Shown piece after piece: positions 44,331 through 61,500 of a DNA stretch of 64,000 nucleotides. Every line of letters starts with the position of its first letter. Positions within the stretch are counted from its first letter, which is position 1. The position numbers and the translations under genes were made by a program. Source of the stretch: Eledone cirrhosa. Its lineage: Eukaryota. The notes below the pieces were generated by a model. That model did not search any database. It saw nothing but the letters and a program-made list of their open reading frames with translations, and was not told the DNA's origin. The stretch covers positions 427,676,001 to 427,740,000 of the forward strand of contig OZ024740.1 of the NCBI GenBank assembly GCA_964016885.1. Reading direction: 5' to 3'.

Positions 44331-47300
44331 CTACCCTCTCTCAGTGTTGTATAGTTATATAAAACTCTACCCTATCTCACTGTACCATAGCTATATAAAA
44401 CTCTACCCTATCTCAGTGTTGTATAGTTATATACAACTCTACCCTATATCAGTGTACCATAGTTATATAAAACTCTACCCTATCTCAGAGTTGTATAGTT
44501 ATATAAAACTCTACCCTATCTCAGTGTACCATAGTTATATAAAACTCTACCCTATCTCACTGTACCATAGTTATATAAAACTCTACCCTATCTCACTGTA
44601 CCATAGTTATATAAAACTCTACCCTATCTCACTGTACCATAGTTATATAAAACTCTACCCTATCTCAGTGTGCCATAGTTATATAAAACTCTACCCTATC
44701 TCACTGTACCATAGTTATATAAAACTCTACCCAATCTCACTGTACCATAGTTATATAAAACTCTACCCTATCTCACTGTACCATAGTTGTATACAACTCT
44801 ACCCTATCTCACTGTACCATAGTTATATAAAACTCTACCCTATCTCACTGTACCATAGTTATATAAATCTCTACCCTATCTCACTGTACCATAGTTATAT
44901 AAAACTCTACCCTATCTCAGTGTACCATAGTTATATAAATCTCTACCCTATCTCACTGTACTATAGTTATATAAAACTCTACCCTATCTCACTGTACCAT
45001 AGTTATATAAAACACTACCCTATCTCACTGTACCATAGTTATATAAAACTCTACCCTATCTCACTGTACCATAGTTATATAAAACTCTACCCTATCTCAG
45101 TGTTGTATAGTTATATAAAACTCTACACTATCTCACTGTACCATAGTTATATAAAACTCTACCCTATCTCACTGTACCATAGTTATATAAAACTCTACCC
45201 TATCTCACTGTACCATAGTTATATAAAACTCTACCCTATCTCACTGTACCATAGTTATATAAATCTCTACCCTATCTCACTGTACCATAGTTATATAAAA
45301 CTCTACCCTATCTCAGTGTACCATAGTTATATAAAACTCTACCCTATCTCACTGTACCATAGTTGTATAAAACTCTACCCTATCTCACTCTACCATAGTT
45401 ATATAAAACTCTACCCTATCTCACTGTACCATAGTTATATAAAACTCTACCATATCTCACTGTACCATAGTTATATAAAACTCTACCCTATTTCACTGTA
45501 CCATAGTTATATAAACCTCTACCCTATCTCACTGTACCATAGTTATATAAAACTCTACACTATCTCACTGTACCATATTTATATAAAACTCTACCCTATC
45601 TCACTGTACCATAGTTATATAAAACTCTACCCTATCTCACTGTACCATAGTTATATAAAACTCTACCCTATCTCAGTGCACCATAGTTATATAAAACTCT
45701 ACCCTATCTCAGTGTACCATAGTTATATAAAACTCTACCCTATCTCAGTGTACCATAGTTATATAAAACTCTACCCTATCTCACTGTACCATAGTTATAT
45801 AAAACTCTACCCTATCTCACTGTACCATAGTTATATAAAACTCTACCCTATCTCACTGTACCATAGTTATATAAAACTCTACCCTATCTCACTGTACCAT
45901 AGTTATATAAATCTCTACCCTATCTCACTGTACCATAGTTATATAAAACTCTACCCTATCTCAGTGTACCATAGTTATATAAAACTCTACCCTATCTCAC
46001 TGTACCATAGTTGTATAAAACTCTACCCTATCTCACTCTACCATAGTTATATAAAACTCTACCCTATCTCACTGTACCATAGTTATATAAAACTCTACCA
46101 TATCTCACTGTACCATAGTTATATAAAACTCTACCCTATCTCACTGTACCATAGTTATATAAAACTCTACCCTATCTCACTGTACCATAGTTATATAAAA
46201 CTCTACCCTATCTCAGTGTTGTATAGTTATATAAAACTCTACCCTATCTCACTTTACCATAGTTATATAAACTCTACAATATCTCACTGTACCATAGCTA
46301 TATAAAACTCTACCCTATCTCAGTGTTGTATAGTTATATACAACTTTACCCTATATCAGTGTACCATAGTTATATAAAACTCTACCCTATCTCAGTGTAC
46401 CATAGTTATATAAAACTCTACCCTATCTCACTGTACCATAGTTATATAAAACTCTACCCTATCTCACTGTACCATAGTTATATAAAACTCTACCCTATCT
46501 CACTGTACCATAGTTATATAAAACTCTACCCTATCTCAGTGTGCCATAGTTATATAAAACTCTACCCTATCTCACTGTACCATAGTTATATAAAGCTCTA
46601 CCCAATCTCACTGTACCATAGTTATATAAAACTCTACCCTATCTCACTGTACCATAGTTGTATACAACTCTACCCTATCTCACTGTACCATAGTTATATA
46701 AAACTCTACCCTATCTCACTGTACCATAGTTATATAAATCTCTACCCTATCTCACTGTACCATAGTTATATAAAACTCTACCCTATCTCAGTGTACCATA
46801 GTTATATAAATCTCTACCCTATCTCACTGTACTATAGTTATATAAAACTCTACCCTATCTCACTGTACCATAGTTATATAAAACACTACCCTATCTCACT
46901 GTACCATAGTTATATAAAACTCTACCCTATCTCACTGTACCATAGTTATATAAAACTCTACCCTATCTCAGTGTTGTATAGTTATATAAAACTCTACACT
47001 ATCTCACTGTACCATAGTTATATAAAACTCTACCCTATCTCACTGTACCATAGTTATATAAAACTCTACCCTATCTCACTGTACCATAGTTATATAAAAC
47101 TCTACCCTATCTCACTGTACCATAGTTATATAAAACTCTACCCTATCTCACTGTACCATAGTTATATAAATCTCTACCCTATCTCACTGTACCATAGTTA
47201 TATAAATCTCTACCCTATCTCACTGTACCATAGTTATATAAAACTCTACCCTATCTCACTGTACCATAGTTATATAAAACTCTACCATATCTCACTGTAC

Positions 47301-49959
47301 CATAGTTATATAAAACTCTACCCTATTTCACTGTACCATAGTTATATAAACCTCTACCCTATCTCACTGTACCATAGTTATATAAAACTCTACACTATCT
47401 CACTGTACCATATTTATATAAAACTCTACCCTATCTCACTGTACCATAGTTATATAAAACTCTACCCTATCTCACTGTACCATAGTTATATAAAACTCTA
47501 CCCTATCTCAGTGCACCATAGTTATATAAAACTCTACCCTATCTCAGTGTACCATAGTTATATAAAACTCTACCCTATCTCAGTGTACCATAGTTATATA
47601 AAACTCTACCCTATCTCACTGTACCATAGTTATATAAAACTCTACCCTATCTCACTGTACCATAGTTATATAAAACTCTACCCTATCTCACTGTACCATA
47701 GTTATATAAAACTCTACCCTATCTCACTGTACCATAGTTATATAAATCTCTACCCTATCTCACTGTACCATAGTTATATAAAACTCTACCCTATCTCAGT
47801 GTACCATAGTTATATAAAGCTCTACCCTATCTCACTGTACCATAGTTGTATAAAACTCTACCCTATCTCACTCTACCATAGTTATATAAAACTCTACCCT
47901 ATCTCACTGTACCATAGTTATATAAAACTCTACCATATCTCACTGTACCATAGTTATATAAAACTCTACCCTATCTCACTCTACCATAGTTATATACAAC
48001 TCTACCCTATCTCACTGTACCATAGTTATATAAAACTCTACCCTATCTCAGTGTTGTATAGTTATATAAAACTCTACCCTATCTCACTTTACCATAGTTA
48101 TATAAACTCTACCCTATCTCAGTGTACCATAGTTATATAAAACTCTACCCTATCTCACTGTACCATAGTTATATAAAACTCTACCCTATCTCACTGTACC
48201 ATAGTTATATAAAACTCTACAATATCTCACTGTACCATAGTTATATAAAACTCTGCCCTATCTCAGTGTTGTATAGTTATATAAAACTCTACCCTATCTC
48301 ACTTTACCATAGTTATATAAAACTCTACCCTATCTCACTGTACCATAGTTATATAAAACTCTACCCAATCTCAGTGTACCATAGTTATATAAAACTCTAC
48401 CCTCTCTCAGTGTTGTATAGTTATATAAAACTCTACCCTATCTCACTGTACCATAGCTATATAAAACTCTACCCTATCTCAGTGTTGTATAGTTATATAC
48501 AACTTTACCCTATATCAGTGTACCATAGTTATATAAAACTCTACCCTATCTCAGAGTTGTATAGTTATATAAAACTCTACCCTATCTCACTGTACCATAG
48601 TTATATAAAACTCTACCCTATCTCACTGTACCATAGTTATATAAAACTCTACCCTATCTCACTGTACCATAGTTATATAAAACTCTACCCTATCTCAGTG
48701 TACCATAGTTATATAAAACTCTACCCTATCTCAGTGTGCCATAGTTATATAAAACTCTACCCTATCTCACTGTACCATAGTTATATAAAACTCTACCCAA
48801 TCTCACTGTACCATAGTTATATAAAACTCTACCCTATCTCAGTGTACCATAGTTATATAAAACTCTACCCTATCTCACTGTACCATAGTTATATAAAACT
48901 CTACCCTATCTCAGTGTACCATAGTTATATAAAACTCTACCCTATCTCAGTGTACCATAGTTATATAAAACTCTACCCTATCTCAGTGTTGTATAGTTAT
49001 ATAAAACTCTACCCTATCTCAGGGTACCATAGTTATATAAAACTCTACCCTATCTCACTGTACCATAGTTATATACATCTCTACCCTATCTCAGTGTACA
49101 ATAGTTATATAAAACTCTACCCTATCTCAGTGTTGTATAGTTATATAAAACTCTACCCTATCTCACTGTACCATAGTTATATAAAACTCTACCCTATCTC
49201 AGTGTACCATAGTTATATAAAATTCTACCCTATCTCACTGTACCATAGTTATATAAAACTCTACCCTATCTCACTGTACCATAGCTATATAAAACTCTAC
49301 CCTATCTCACTGTACCATAGTTATATAAAACTCTACCCTATCTCACTGTACCATAGTTGTATACAACTCTACCCTATCTCACTGTACCATAGCTATATAA
49401 AACTCTACCCTATCTCACTGTACCATAGTTATATAAATCTCTACCCTATCTCACTGTACCATAGTTATATAAAACTCTACCCTATCTCAGTTTACCATAG
49501 TTATATAAATCTCTACCCTATCTCACTGTACTATAGTTATATAAAACTCTACCCTATCTCACTGTACCATAGTTATATAAAACTCTACTCTATCTCACTG
49601 TACCATAGTTATATAAAACTCTACCCTATCTCACTGTACCATAGTTATATAAAACACTACCCTATCTCACTGTACCATAGTAATATAAAACTCTACCCTA
49701 TCTCACTGTACCATAGTTATATAAAACACTACCCTATCTCACTGTACCATAGTTATATAAAACTCTACCCTATCTCACTGTACCATAGTTATATAAAACT
49801 CTACCCTATCTCAGTGTTGTATAGTTATATAAAACTCTACACTATCTCACTGTACCATAGTTATATAAAACTCTACCCTATCTCACTGTACCATAGTTAT
49901 ATAAAACTCTACCCTATCTCACTGTACCATAGTTATATAAAACTCTACCCTATCTCAGT

Positions 49960-52900
49960 GTTGTATAGTTATATAAAACTCTACCCTATCTCACTGTACC
50001 ATAGTTATATAAACTCTACCCTATCTCACTGTACCATAGTTATATACAACTCTACCCTATCTCAGTGTACAATAGTTATATAAAACTCTACCCTATCTCA
50101 GTGTTGTATAGTTATATAAAACTCTACCCTATCTCACTTTACCATAGTTATATAAACTCTACCCTATCTCACTATACCATAGTTATATAAAACTCTACCC
50201 TATCTCACTGTACCATAGTTATATAAAACTCTACAATATCTCACTGTACCATAGTTATATAAAACTCTACCCTATCTCAGTGTTGTATAGTTATATAAAA
50301 CTCTACCCTATCTCACTTTACCATAGTTATATAAAACTCTACCCTATCTCACTGTACCATAGTTATATAAAACTCTACCCAATCTCAGTGTACCATAGTT
50401 ATATAAAACTCTACCCTCTCTCAATGTTGTATAGTTATATAATACTCTACCCTATCTTACTGTACCATAGTTATATAAAAATCTACCCTATCTCACAGTA
50501 CCATAGTTATATAAAACTCTACCCTATCTCACTGTACCATAGTTATATAAAACTCTAGCCTATCTCACTGTACCATAGTTATATAAAACTCTACCCTATC
50601 TCACTGTACCATAGCTATATAAAACTCTACCCTATCTCAGTGTTGTATAGTTATATACAACTCTACCCTATATCAGTGTACCATAGTTATATAAAACTCT
50701 ACCCTATCTCAGAGTTGTATAGTTATATAAAACTCTACCCTATCTCAGTGTACCATAGTTATATAAAACTCTACCCTATCTCACTGTACCATAGTTATAT
50801 AAAACTCTACCCTATCTCACTGTACCATAGTTATATGAAACTCTACCCTATCTCAGTGTACCATAGTTATATAAAACTCTACCCTATCTCAGTGTGCCAT
50901 AGTTATATAAAACTCTACCCTATCTCACTGTACCATAGTTATATAAAACTCTACCCAATCTCACTGTACCATAGTTATATAAAACTCTACCCTATCTCAG
51001 TGTACCATAGTTATATAAAACTCTACCCTATCTCACTGTACCATAGTTATATAAAACTCTACCCTATCTCAGTGTACCATAGTTATATAAAACTCTACCC
51101 TATCTCAGTGTACCATAGTTATATAAAACTCTACCCTATCTCAGTGTTGTATAGTTATATAAAACTCTACCCTATCTCAGTGTTGTATAGTTATATAAAA
51201 CTCTACCCTATCTCACTGTACCATAGTTATATAAAATTCTACCCTATCTCAGTGTACCATAGTTATATAAAACTCTACCCTATCTCACTGTACCATAGTT
51301 ATATAAAACTCTACCCTATCTCACTGTACCATAGTTGTATACAACTCTACCCTATCTCACTGTACCATAGTTATATAAAACTCTACCCTATCTCAGTGTT
51401 GTATAGTTATATAAAACTCTACCCTATCTCACTGTACCATAGTTATATAAAACTCTACCCTATCTCACTGTACCATAGTTATATAAATCTCTACCCTATC
51501 TCAGTGTACCATAGTTATATAAAACTCTACACTATCTCAGTGTACCATAGTTATATAAAACTCTACCCTATCTCAGTGTACCATAGTTATATAAAACTCT
51601 ACCCTATCTCACTGTACCGTAGTTGTATAAAACGCTACCCTATCTCAGTGTACCATAGTTATATAAAACTCTACCCTATCTCACTGTACCATAGTTATAT
51701 AAAACTCTACCCTATCTCAGTGTACCATAGTTATATAAAACTCTACCCTATCTCACTGTACCATAGTTATATAAATCTCTACCCTATCTCACTGTACCTT
51801 AGTTATATAAAACTCTACCCTATCTCAGTGTACCATAGTTATATAAATCTCTACCCTATCTCACTGTACTATAGTTATATAAAACTCTACCCTATCTCAC
51901 TGTACCATAGTTATATAAAACTCTACTCTATCTCACTGTACCATAGTTATATAAAACTCTACCCTATCTCACTGTACCATAGTTATATAAAACAGTACCC
52001 TATCTCACTGTACCATAGTTATATAAAACTCTACCCTATCTCACTGTACCATAGTTATATAAAACACTACCCTATCTCACTGTACCATAGTTATATAAAA
52101 CTCTACCCTATCTCACTGTACCATAGTTATATAAAACTCTACCCTATCTCAGTGTTGTATAGTTATATAAAACTCTACCCTATCTCACTGTACCATAGTT
52201 ATATAAACTCTACCCTATCTCACTGTACCATAGTTATATAAAACTCTACCCTATCTCAGTGTACCATAGTTATATAAAACTCTACCCTATCTCAGTGTAC
52301 CATAGTTATATAAAACTCTACCCTATCTCACTGTACCATAGTTATATAAAACTCTACCCTATCTCAGTGTACCATAGTTATATAAAACTCTACCCTATCT
52401 CACTGTACCATAGTTATATAAATCTCTACCCTATCTCAGTGCACCATAGTTATAGAAAACTCTACCTTATCTTAGTGTACCATAGTTATATAAAACTCTA
52501 CCCTATCTCAGTGTTGTATAGTTATATAAAACTCTACCCTATCTCACTGTACCATAGTTATATAAAACTCTACCCTATCTCACTGTACCATAGTTGTATA
52601 CAACTCTACCCTATCTCACTGTACCATAGTTATATAAAACTCTACCCAATCTCACTGTACCATAGTTATATAAAACTCTACACTATCTCAGTGTACCATA
52701 GTTATATAAAACTCTACCCTATCTCAGTGTACCATAGTTATATAAAACTCTACCCTATCTCACTGTACCATAGTTGTATAAAACTCTACACTATCTCAGT
52801 GTACCATAGTTATATAAAACTCTACCCTATCTCAGTGTACCATAGTTATATAAAACTCTACCCTATCTCACTGTACCATAGTTGTATAAAACGCTACCCT

Positions 52901-54900
52901 ATCTCAGTTTACCATAGTTATATAAAACTCTACCCTATCTCAGTGTTGTATAGTTATATAAAACTCTACCCTATCTCACTGTACCATAGTTATATAAACT
53001 CTACCCTATCTCACTGTACCATAGTTATATACAACTCTACCCTATCTCAGTGTACAATAGTTATATAAAACTCTACCCTATCTCAGTGTTGTATATTTAT
53101 ATAAAACTCTACCCTATCTCACTTTACCATAGTTATATAAACTCTACCCTATCTCACTATACCATAGTTATATAAAACTCTACCCTATCTCACTGTACCA
53201 TAGTTATATAAAACTCTACAATATCTCACTGTACCATAGTTATATAAAACTCTACCCTATCTCAGTGTTGTATAGTTATATAAAACTCTACCCTATCTCA
53301 CTTTACCATAGTTATATAAAACTCTACCCTATCTCACTGTACCATAGTTATATAAAACTCTACCCAATCTCAGTGTACCATAGTTATATAAAACTCTACC
53401 CTCTCTCAATGTTGTATAGTTATATAATACTCTACCCTATCTTACTGTACCATAGTTATATAAAACTCTACCCTATCTCACTGTACCATAGTTATATAAA
53501 ACTCTAGCCTATCTCACTGTACCATAGTTATATAAAACTCTACCCTATCTCACTGTACCATAGCTATATAAAACTCTACCCTATCTCAGTGTTGTATAGT
53601 TATATACAACTCTACCCTATATTAGTGTACCATAGTTATATAAAACTCTACCCTATCTCAGAGTTGTATAGTTATATAAAACTCTACCCTATCTCAGTGT
53701 ACCATAGTTATATAAAACTCTACCCTATCTCACTGTACCATAGTTATATAAAACTCTACCCTATCTCACTGTACCATAGTTATATGAAACTCTACCCTAT
53801 CTCAGTGTACCATAGTTATATAAAACTCTACCCTATCTCAGTGTGCCATAGTTATATAAAACTCTACCCTATCTCACTGTACCATAGTTATATAAAACTC
53901 TACCCAATCTCACTGTACCATAGTTATATAAAACTCTACCCTATCTCAGTGTACCATAGTTATATAAAACTCTACCCTATCTCACTGTACCATAGTTATA
54001 TAAAACTCTACCCTATCTCAGTGTACCATAGTTATATAAAACTCTACCCTATCTCAGTGTACCATAGTTATATAAAACTCTACCCTATCTCAGTGTTGTA
54101 TAGTTATATAAAACTCTACCCTATCTCAGTGTTGTATAGTTATATAAAACTCTACCCTATCTCAGTGTTGTATAGTTATATAAAACTCTACCCTATCTCA
54201 CTGTACCATAGTTATATAAAACTCTACCCTATCTCACTGTACCATAGTTATATAAATCTCTACCCTATCTCAGTGTACCATAGTTATATAAAACTCTACA
54301 CTATCTCAGTGTACCATAGTTATATAAAGCTCTACCCTATCTCAGTGTACCATAGTTATATAAAACTCTACCCTATCTCACTGTACCATAGTTGTATAAA
54401 ACGCTACCCTATCTCAGTGTACCATAGTTATATAAAACTCTACCCTATCTCACTGTACCATAGTTATATAAAACTCTACCCTATCTCAGTGTACCATAGT
54501 TATATAAAACTCTACCCTATCTCACTGTACCATAGTTATATAAATCTCTACCCTATCTCACTGTACCTTAGTTATATAAAACTCTACCCTATCTCAGTGT
54601 ACCATAGTTATATAAATCTCTACCCTATCTCACTGTACTATAGTTATATAAAACTCTACCCTATCTCACTGTACCATAGTTATATAAAACTCTACTCTAT
54701 CTCACTGTACCATAGTTATATAAAACTCTACCCTATCTCACTGTACCATAGTTATATAAAACAGTACCCTATCTCACTGTACCATAGTTATATAAAACTC
54801 TACCCTATCTCACTGTACCATAGTTATATAAAACACTACCCTATCTCACTGTACCATAGTTATATAAAACTCTACCCTATCTCACTGTACCATAGTTATA
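49960..54900. repeat. Imperfect higher-order duplication at 82-83 monomer offset (~2.95-2.99 kb); boundaries approximate
   Basis: The CTCTAGCC variant is at 50558 and 53507 (2949 = 82x36-3). ORF-track starts are at 50280 and 53265 (2985 = 83x36-3). The CACTATAC, CAATGTTG and ATGAAA variants are shared. Confidence 0.8.
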
Positions 54901-55519
54901 TAAAACTCTACCCTATCTCACTGTACCATAGTTGTATACAACTCTACCCTATCTCACTGTACCATAGTTATATAAAACTCTACCCAATCTCACTGTACCA
55001 TAGTTATATAAAACTCTACACTATCTCAGTGTACCATAGTTATATAAAACTCTACCCTATCTCAGTGTACCATAGTTATATAAAACTCTACCCTATCTCA
55101 CTGTACCATAGTTGTATAAAACGCTACCCTATCTCAGTGTACCATAGTTATATAAAACTCTACCCTATCTCACTGTACCATAGTTATATAAAACTCTACC
55201 CTATCTCAGTGTACCATAGTTATATAAAACTCTACCCTATCTCACTGTACCATAGTTATATAAATCTCTACCCTATCTCACTGTACCTTAGTTATATAAA
55301 ACTCTACCCTATCTCAGTGTACCATAGTTATATAAATCTCTACCCTATCTCACTGTACTATAGTTATATAAAACTCTACCCTATCTCACTGTACCATAGT
55401 TATATAAAACTCTACTCTATCTCACTGTACCATAGTTATATAAAACTCTACCCTATCTCACTGTACCATAGTTATATAAAACAGTACCCTATCTCACTGT
55501 ACCATAGTTATATAAAACT

Positions 55520-58500
55520 CTACCCTATCTCACTGTACCATAGTTATATAAAACACTACCCTATCTCACTGTACCATAGTTATATAAACTCTACCCTATC
55601 TCACTGTACCATAGTTATATAAAACTCTACACTATCTCAGTGTTGTATAGTTATATAAAACTCTACACTATCTCACTGTACCATAGTTATATAAAACTCT
55701 ACCCTATCTCACTGTACCATAGTTATATAAAACTCTACCCTATCTCACTGTACCATAGTTATATAAAACTCTACCCTATCTCAGTGTTGTATAGTTATAT
55801 AAAACTCTACCCTATCTCACTGTACCATAGTTATATAAACTCTACCCTATCTCACTGTACCATAGTTATATAAAACTCTACCCTATCTCAGTGTACCATA
55901 GTTATATAAAACTCTACCCTATCTCAGTGTACCATAGTTATATAAAACTCTACCCTATCTCACTGTACCATAGTTATATAAAACTCTACCCTATCTCAGT
56001 GTACCATAGTTATATAAAACTCTACCCTATCTCACTGTACCATAGTTATATAAAACTCTACCCTATCTCAGTGCACCATAGTTATAGAAAACTCTACCTT
56101 ATCTTAGTGTACCATAGTTATATAAAACTCTACCCTATCTCAGTGTTGTATAGTTATATAAAACTCTACCCTATCTCACTGTACCATAGTTATATAAAAC
56201 TCTACCCTATCTCACTGTACCATAGTTGTATACAACTCTACCCTATCTCACTGTACCATAGTTATATAAAACTCTACCCAATCTCACTGTACCATAGTTA
56301 TATAAAACTCTACACTATCTCAGTGTACCATAGTTATATAAAACTCTACCCTATCTCAGTGTACCATAGTTATATAAAACTCTACCCTATTTCACTGTAC
56401 CATAGTTGTATAAAACTCTACCCTATCTCAGTGTACCATAGTTATATAAAACTCTACCCTATCTCACTGTACCATAGTTATATAAAACTCAACCCTATCT
56501 CAGTGTACCATAGTTATATAAAACTCTACCCTATCTCACTGTACCATAGTTATATAAATCTCTACCCTATCTCACTGTACCATAGTTATATAAAACTCTA
56601 CCCTATCTCAGTGTACCATAGTTATATAAATCTCTACCCTATCTCACTGTACCATAGTTGTATAAAACTCTACCCTATCTCACTGTACCATAGTTATATA
56701 AAACTCTACTCTAGCTCACTGTACCATAGTTATATAAAACTCTACCCTATCTCACTGTACCATAGTTATATAAAACACTACCCAATCTCACTGTACCATA
56801 GTTATATAAAACTCTACCCTATCTCACTGTACCATAGTTATATAAAACTCTACCCTATCTCAGTGTTGTATAGTTATATAAAACTCTACCCTATCTCACT
56901 GTACCATAGTTATATAAAACTCTACCCTATCTCAGTGTACCATAGTTATATAAAACTCTACCCTATCTCAGTGTACCATAGTTATATAAAACTCTACCCT
57001 ATCTCAGTGTGCCATAGTTATATAAAACTCTACCCTATCTCACTGTACCATAGTTATATAAAACTCTACCCAATCTCACTGTACCATAGTTATATAAAAC
57101 TCTACCCTATCTCAGTGTACCATAGTTATATAAAACTCTACCCTATCTCACTGTACCATAGTTATATAAAACTCTACCCTATCTCAGTGTACCATAGTTA
57201 TATAAAACTCTACCCTATCTCAGTGTACCATAGTTATATAAAACTCTACCCTATCTCAGTGTTGTATAGTTATATAAAACTCTACCCTATCTCAGTGTTG
57301 TATAGTTATATAAAACTCTACCCTATCTCACTGTACCATAGTTATATTAAACTCTACCCTATCTCAGTGTACCATAGTTATATAAAACTCTACCCTATCT
57401 CACTGTACCATAGTTATATAAAACTCTACCCTATCTCACGGTACCATAGTTGTATACAACTCTACCCTATCTCACTGTACCATAGTTATATAAAACTCTA
57501 CCCTATCTCACTGTACCATAGTTATATAAAACTCTACCCTATCTCACTGTACCATAGTTATATAAAACTCTACCCTATCTCACTGTACCATAGTTATATA
57601 AAACTCTACCCTATCTCACTGTACCATAGTTATATAAAACTCTACTCTAGCTCACTGTACCATAGTTATATAAAACTCTACCCTATCTCACTGTACCATA
57701 GTTATATAAAACACTACCCTATCTCACTGTACCATAGTTATATAAAACTCTACCCTATCTCACTGTACCATAGTTATATAAAACTCTACCCTATCTCAGT
57801 GTTGTATAGTTATATAAAACTCTACCCTATCTCACTGTACCATAGTTATATAAAACTCTACCCTATCTCACTGTACCATAGTTATATAAAACTCTACCCT
57901 ATCTCACTGTACCATAGTTATATAAATCTCTACCCTATCTCAGTGTACCATAGTTATATAAAACTCTACACTATCTCAGTGTACCATAGTTATATAAAAC
58001 TCTACCCTATCTCAGTGTACCATAGTTATATAAAACTCTACCCTATCTCACTGTACCATAGTTGTATAAAACGCTACCCTATCTCAGTGTACCATAGTTA
58101 TATAAAACTCTACCCTATCTCACTGTACCATAGTTATATAAAACTCTACCCTATCTCAGTGTACCATAGTTATATAAAACTCTACCCTATCTCACTGTAC
58201 CATAGTTATATAAATCTCTACCCTATCTCACTGTACCTTAGTTATATAAAACTCTACCCTATCTCAGTGTACCATAGTTATATAAATCTCTACCCTATCT
58301 CACTGTACTATAGTTATATAAAACTCTACCCTATCTCACTGTACCATAGTTATATAAAACTCTACTCTATCTCACTGTACCATAGTTATATAAAACTCTA
58401 CCCTATCTCACTGTACCATAGTTATATAAAACAGTACCCTATCTCACTGTACCATAGTTATATAAAACTCTACCCTATCTCACTGTACCATAGTTATATA

Positions 58501-61500
58501 AAACACTACCCTATCTCACTGTACCATAGTTATATAAAACTCTACCCTATCTCACTGTACCATAGTTATATAAAACTCTACCCTATCTCAGTGTTGTATA
58601 GTTATATAAAACTCTACCCTATCTCACTGTACCATAGTTATATAAACTCTACCCTATCTCACTGTACCATAGTTATATAAAACTCTACCCTATCTCAGTG
58701 TACCATAGTTATATAAAACTCTACCCTATCTCAGTGTACCATAGTTATATAAAACTCTACCCTATCTCACTGTACCATAGTTATATAAAACTCTACCCTA
58801 TCTCAGTGTACCATAGTTATATAAAACTCTACCCTATCTCACTGTACCATAGTTATATAAATCTCTACCCTATCTCAGTGCACCATAGTTATAGAAAACT
58901 CTACCTTATCTTAGTGTACCATAGTTATATAAAACTCTACCCTATCTCAGTGTTGTATAGTTATATAAAACTCTACCCTATCTCACTGTACCATAGTTAT
59001 ATAAAACTCTACCCTATCTCACTGTACCATAGTTGTATACAACTCTACCCTATCTCACTGTACCATAGTTATATAAAACTCTACCCAATCTCACTGTACC
59101 ATAGTTATATAAAACTCTACACTATCTCAGTGTACCATAGTTATATAAAACTCTACCCTATCTCAGTGTACCATAGTTATATAAAACTCTACCCTATCTC
59201 ACTGTACCATAGTTGTATAAAACGCTACCCTATCTCAGTGTACCATAGTTATATAAAACTCTACCCTATCTCACTGTACCATAGTTATATAAAACTCTAC
59301 CCTATCTCAGTGTACCATAGTTATATAAAACTCTACCCTATCTCACTGTACCATAGTTATATAAATCTCTACCCTATCTCACTGTACCTTAGTTATATAA
59401 AACTCTACCCTATCTCAGTGTACCATAGTTATATAAATCTCTACCCTATCTCACTGTACTATAGTTATATAAAACTCTACCCTATCTCACTGTACCATAG
59501 TTATATAAAACTCTACTCTATCTCACTGTACCATAGTTATATAAAACTCTACCCTATCTCACTGTACCATAGTTATATAAAACACTACCCTATCTCACTG
59601 TACCATAGTTATATAAACTCTACCCTATCTCACTGTACCATAGTTATATAAAACTCTACCCTATCTCAGTGTTGTATAGTTATATAAAACTCTACACTAT
59701 CTCACTGTACCATAGTTATATAAAACTCTACCCTATCTCACTGTACCATAGTTATATAAAACTCTACCCTATCTCACTGTACCATAGTTATATAAAACTC
59801 TACCCTATCTCAGTGTTGTATAGTTATATAAAACTCTACCCTATCTCACTGTACCATAGTTATATAAACTCTACCCTATCTCACTGTACCATAGTTATAT
59901 AAAACTCTACCCTATCTCAGTGTACCATAGTTATATAAAACTCTACCCTATCTCAGTGTACCATAGTTATATAAAACTCTACCCTATCTCACTGTACCAT
60001 AGTTATATAAAACTCTACCCTATCTCAGTGTACCATAGTTATATAAAACTCTACCCTATCTCACTGTACCATAGTTATATAAAACTCTACCCTATCTCAG
60101 TGCACCATAGTTATAGAAAACTCTACCTTATCTTAGTGTACCATAGTTATATAAAACTCTACCCTATCTCAGTGTTGTATAGTTATATAAAACTCTACCC
60201 TATCTCACTGTACCATAGTTATATAAAACTCTACCCTATCTCACTGTACCATAGTTGTATACAACTCTACCCTATCTCACTGTACCATAGTTATATAAAA
60301 CTCTACCCAATCTCACTGTACCATAGTTATATAAAACTCTACACTATCTCAGTGTACCATAGTTATATAAAACTCTACCCTATCTCAGTGTACCATAGTT
60401 ATATAAAACTCTACCCTATTTCACTGTACCATAGTTGTATAAAACTCTACCCTATCTCAGTGTACCATAGTTATATAAAACTCTACCCTATCTCACTGTA
60501 CCATAGTTATATAAAACTCAACCCTATCTCAGTGTACCATAGTTATATAAAACTCTACCCTATCTCACTGTACCATAGTTATATAAATCTCTACCCTATC
60601 TCACTGTACCATAGTTATATAAAACTCTACCCTATCTCAGTGTACCATAGTTATATAAATCTCTACCCTATCTCACTGTACCATAGTTGTATAAAACTCT
60701 ACCCTATCTCACTGTACCATAGTTATATAAAACTCTACTCTAGCTCACTGTACCATAGTTATATAAAACTCTACCCTATCTCACTGTACCATAGTTATAT
60801 AAAACACTACCCTATCTCACTGTACCATAGTTATATAAAACTCTACCCTATCTCACTGTACCATAGTTATATAAAACTCTACCCTATCTCAGTGTTGTAT
60901 AGTTATATAAAACTCTACCCTATCTCACTGTACCATAGTTATATAAAACTCTACCCTATCTCAGTGTACCATAGTTATATAAAACTCTACCCTATCTCAG
61001 TGTACCATAGTTATATAAAACTCTACCCTATCTCAGTGTGCCATAGTTATATAAAACTCTACCCTATCTCACTGTACCATAGTTATATAAAACTCTACCC
61101 AATCTCACTGTACCATAGTTATATAAAACTCTACCCTATCTCAGTGTACCATAGTTATATAAAACTCTACCCTATCTCACTGTACCATAGTTATATAAAA
61201 CTCTACCCTATCTCAGTGTACCATAGTTATATAAAACTCTACCCTATCTCAGTGTACCATAGTTATATAAAACTCTACCCTATCTCAGTGTTGTATAGTT
61301 ATATAAAACTCTACCCTATCTCAGTGTTGTATAGTTATATAAAACTCTACCCTATCTCACTGTACCATAGTTATATTAAACTCTACCCTATCTCAGTGTA
61401 CCATAGTTATATAAAACTCTACCCTATCTCACTGTACCATAGTTATATAAAACTCTACCCTATCTCACGGTACCATAGTTGTATACAACTCTACCCTATC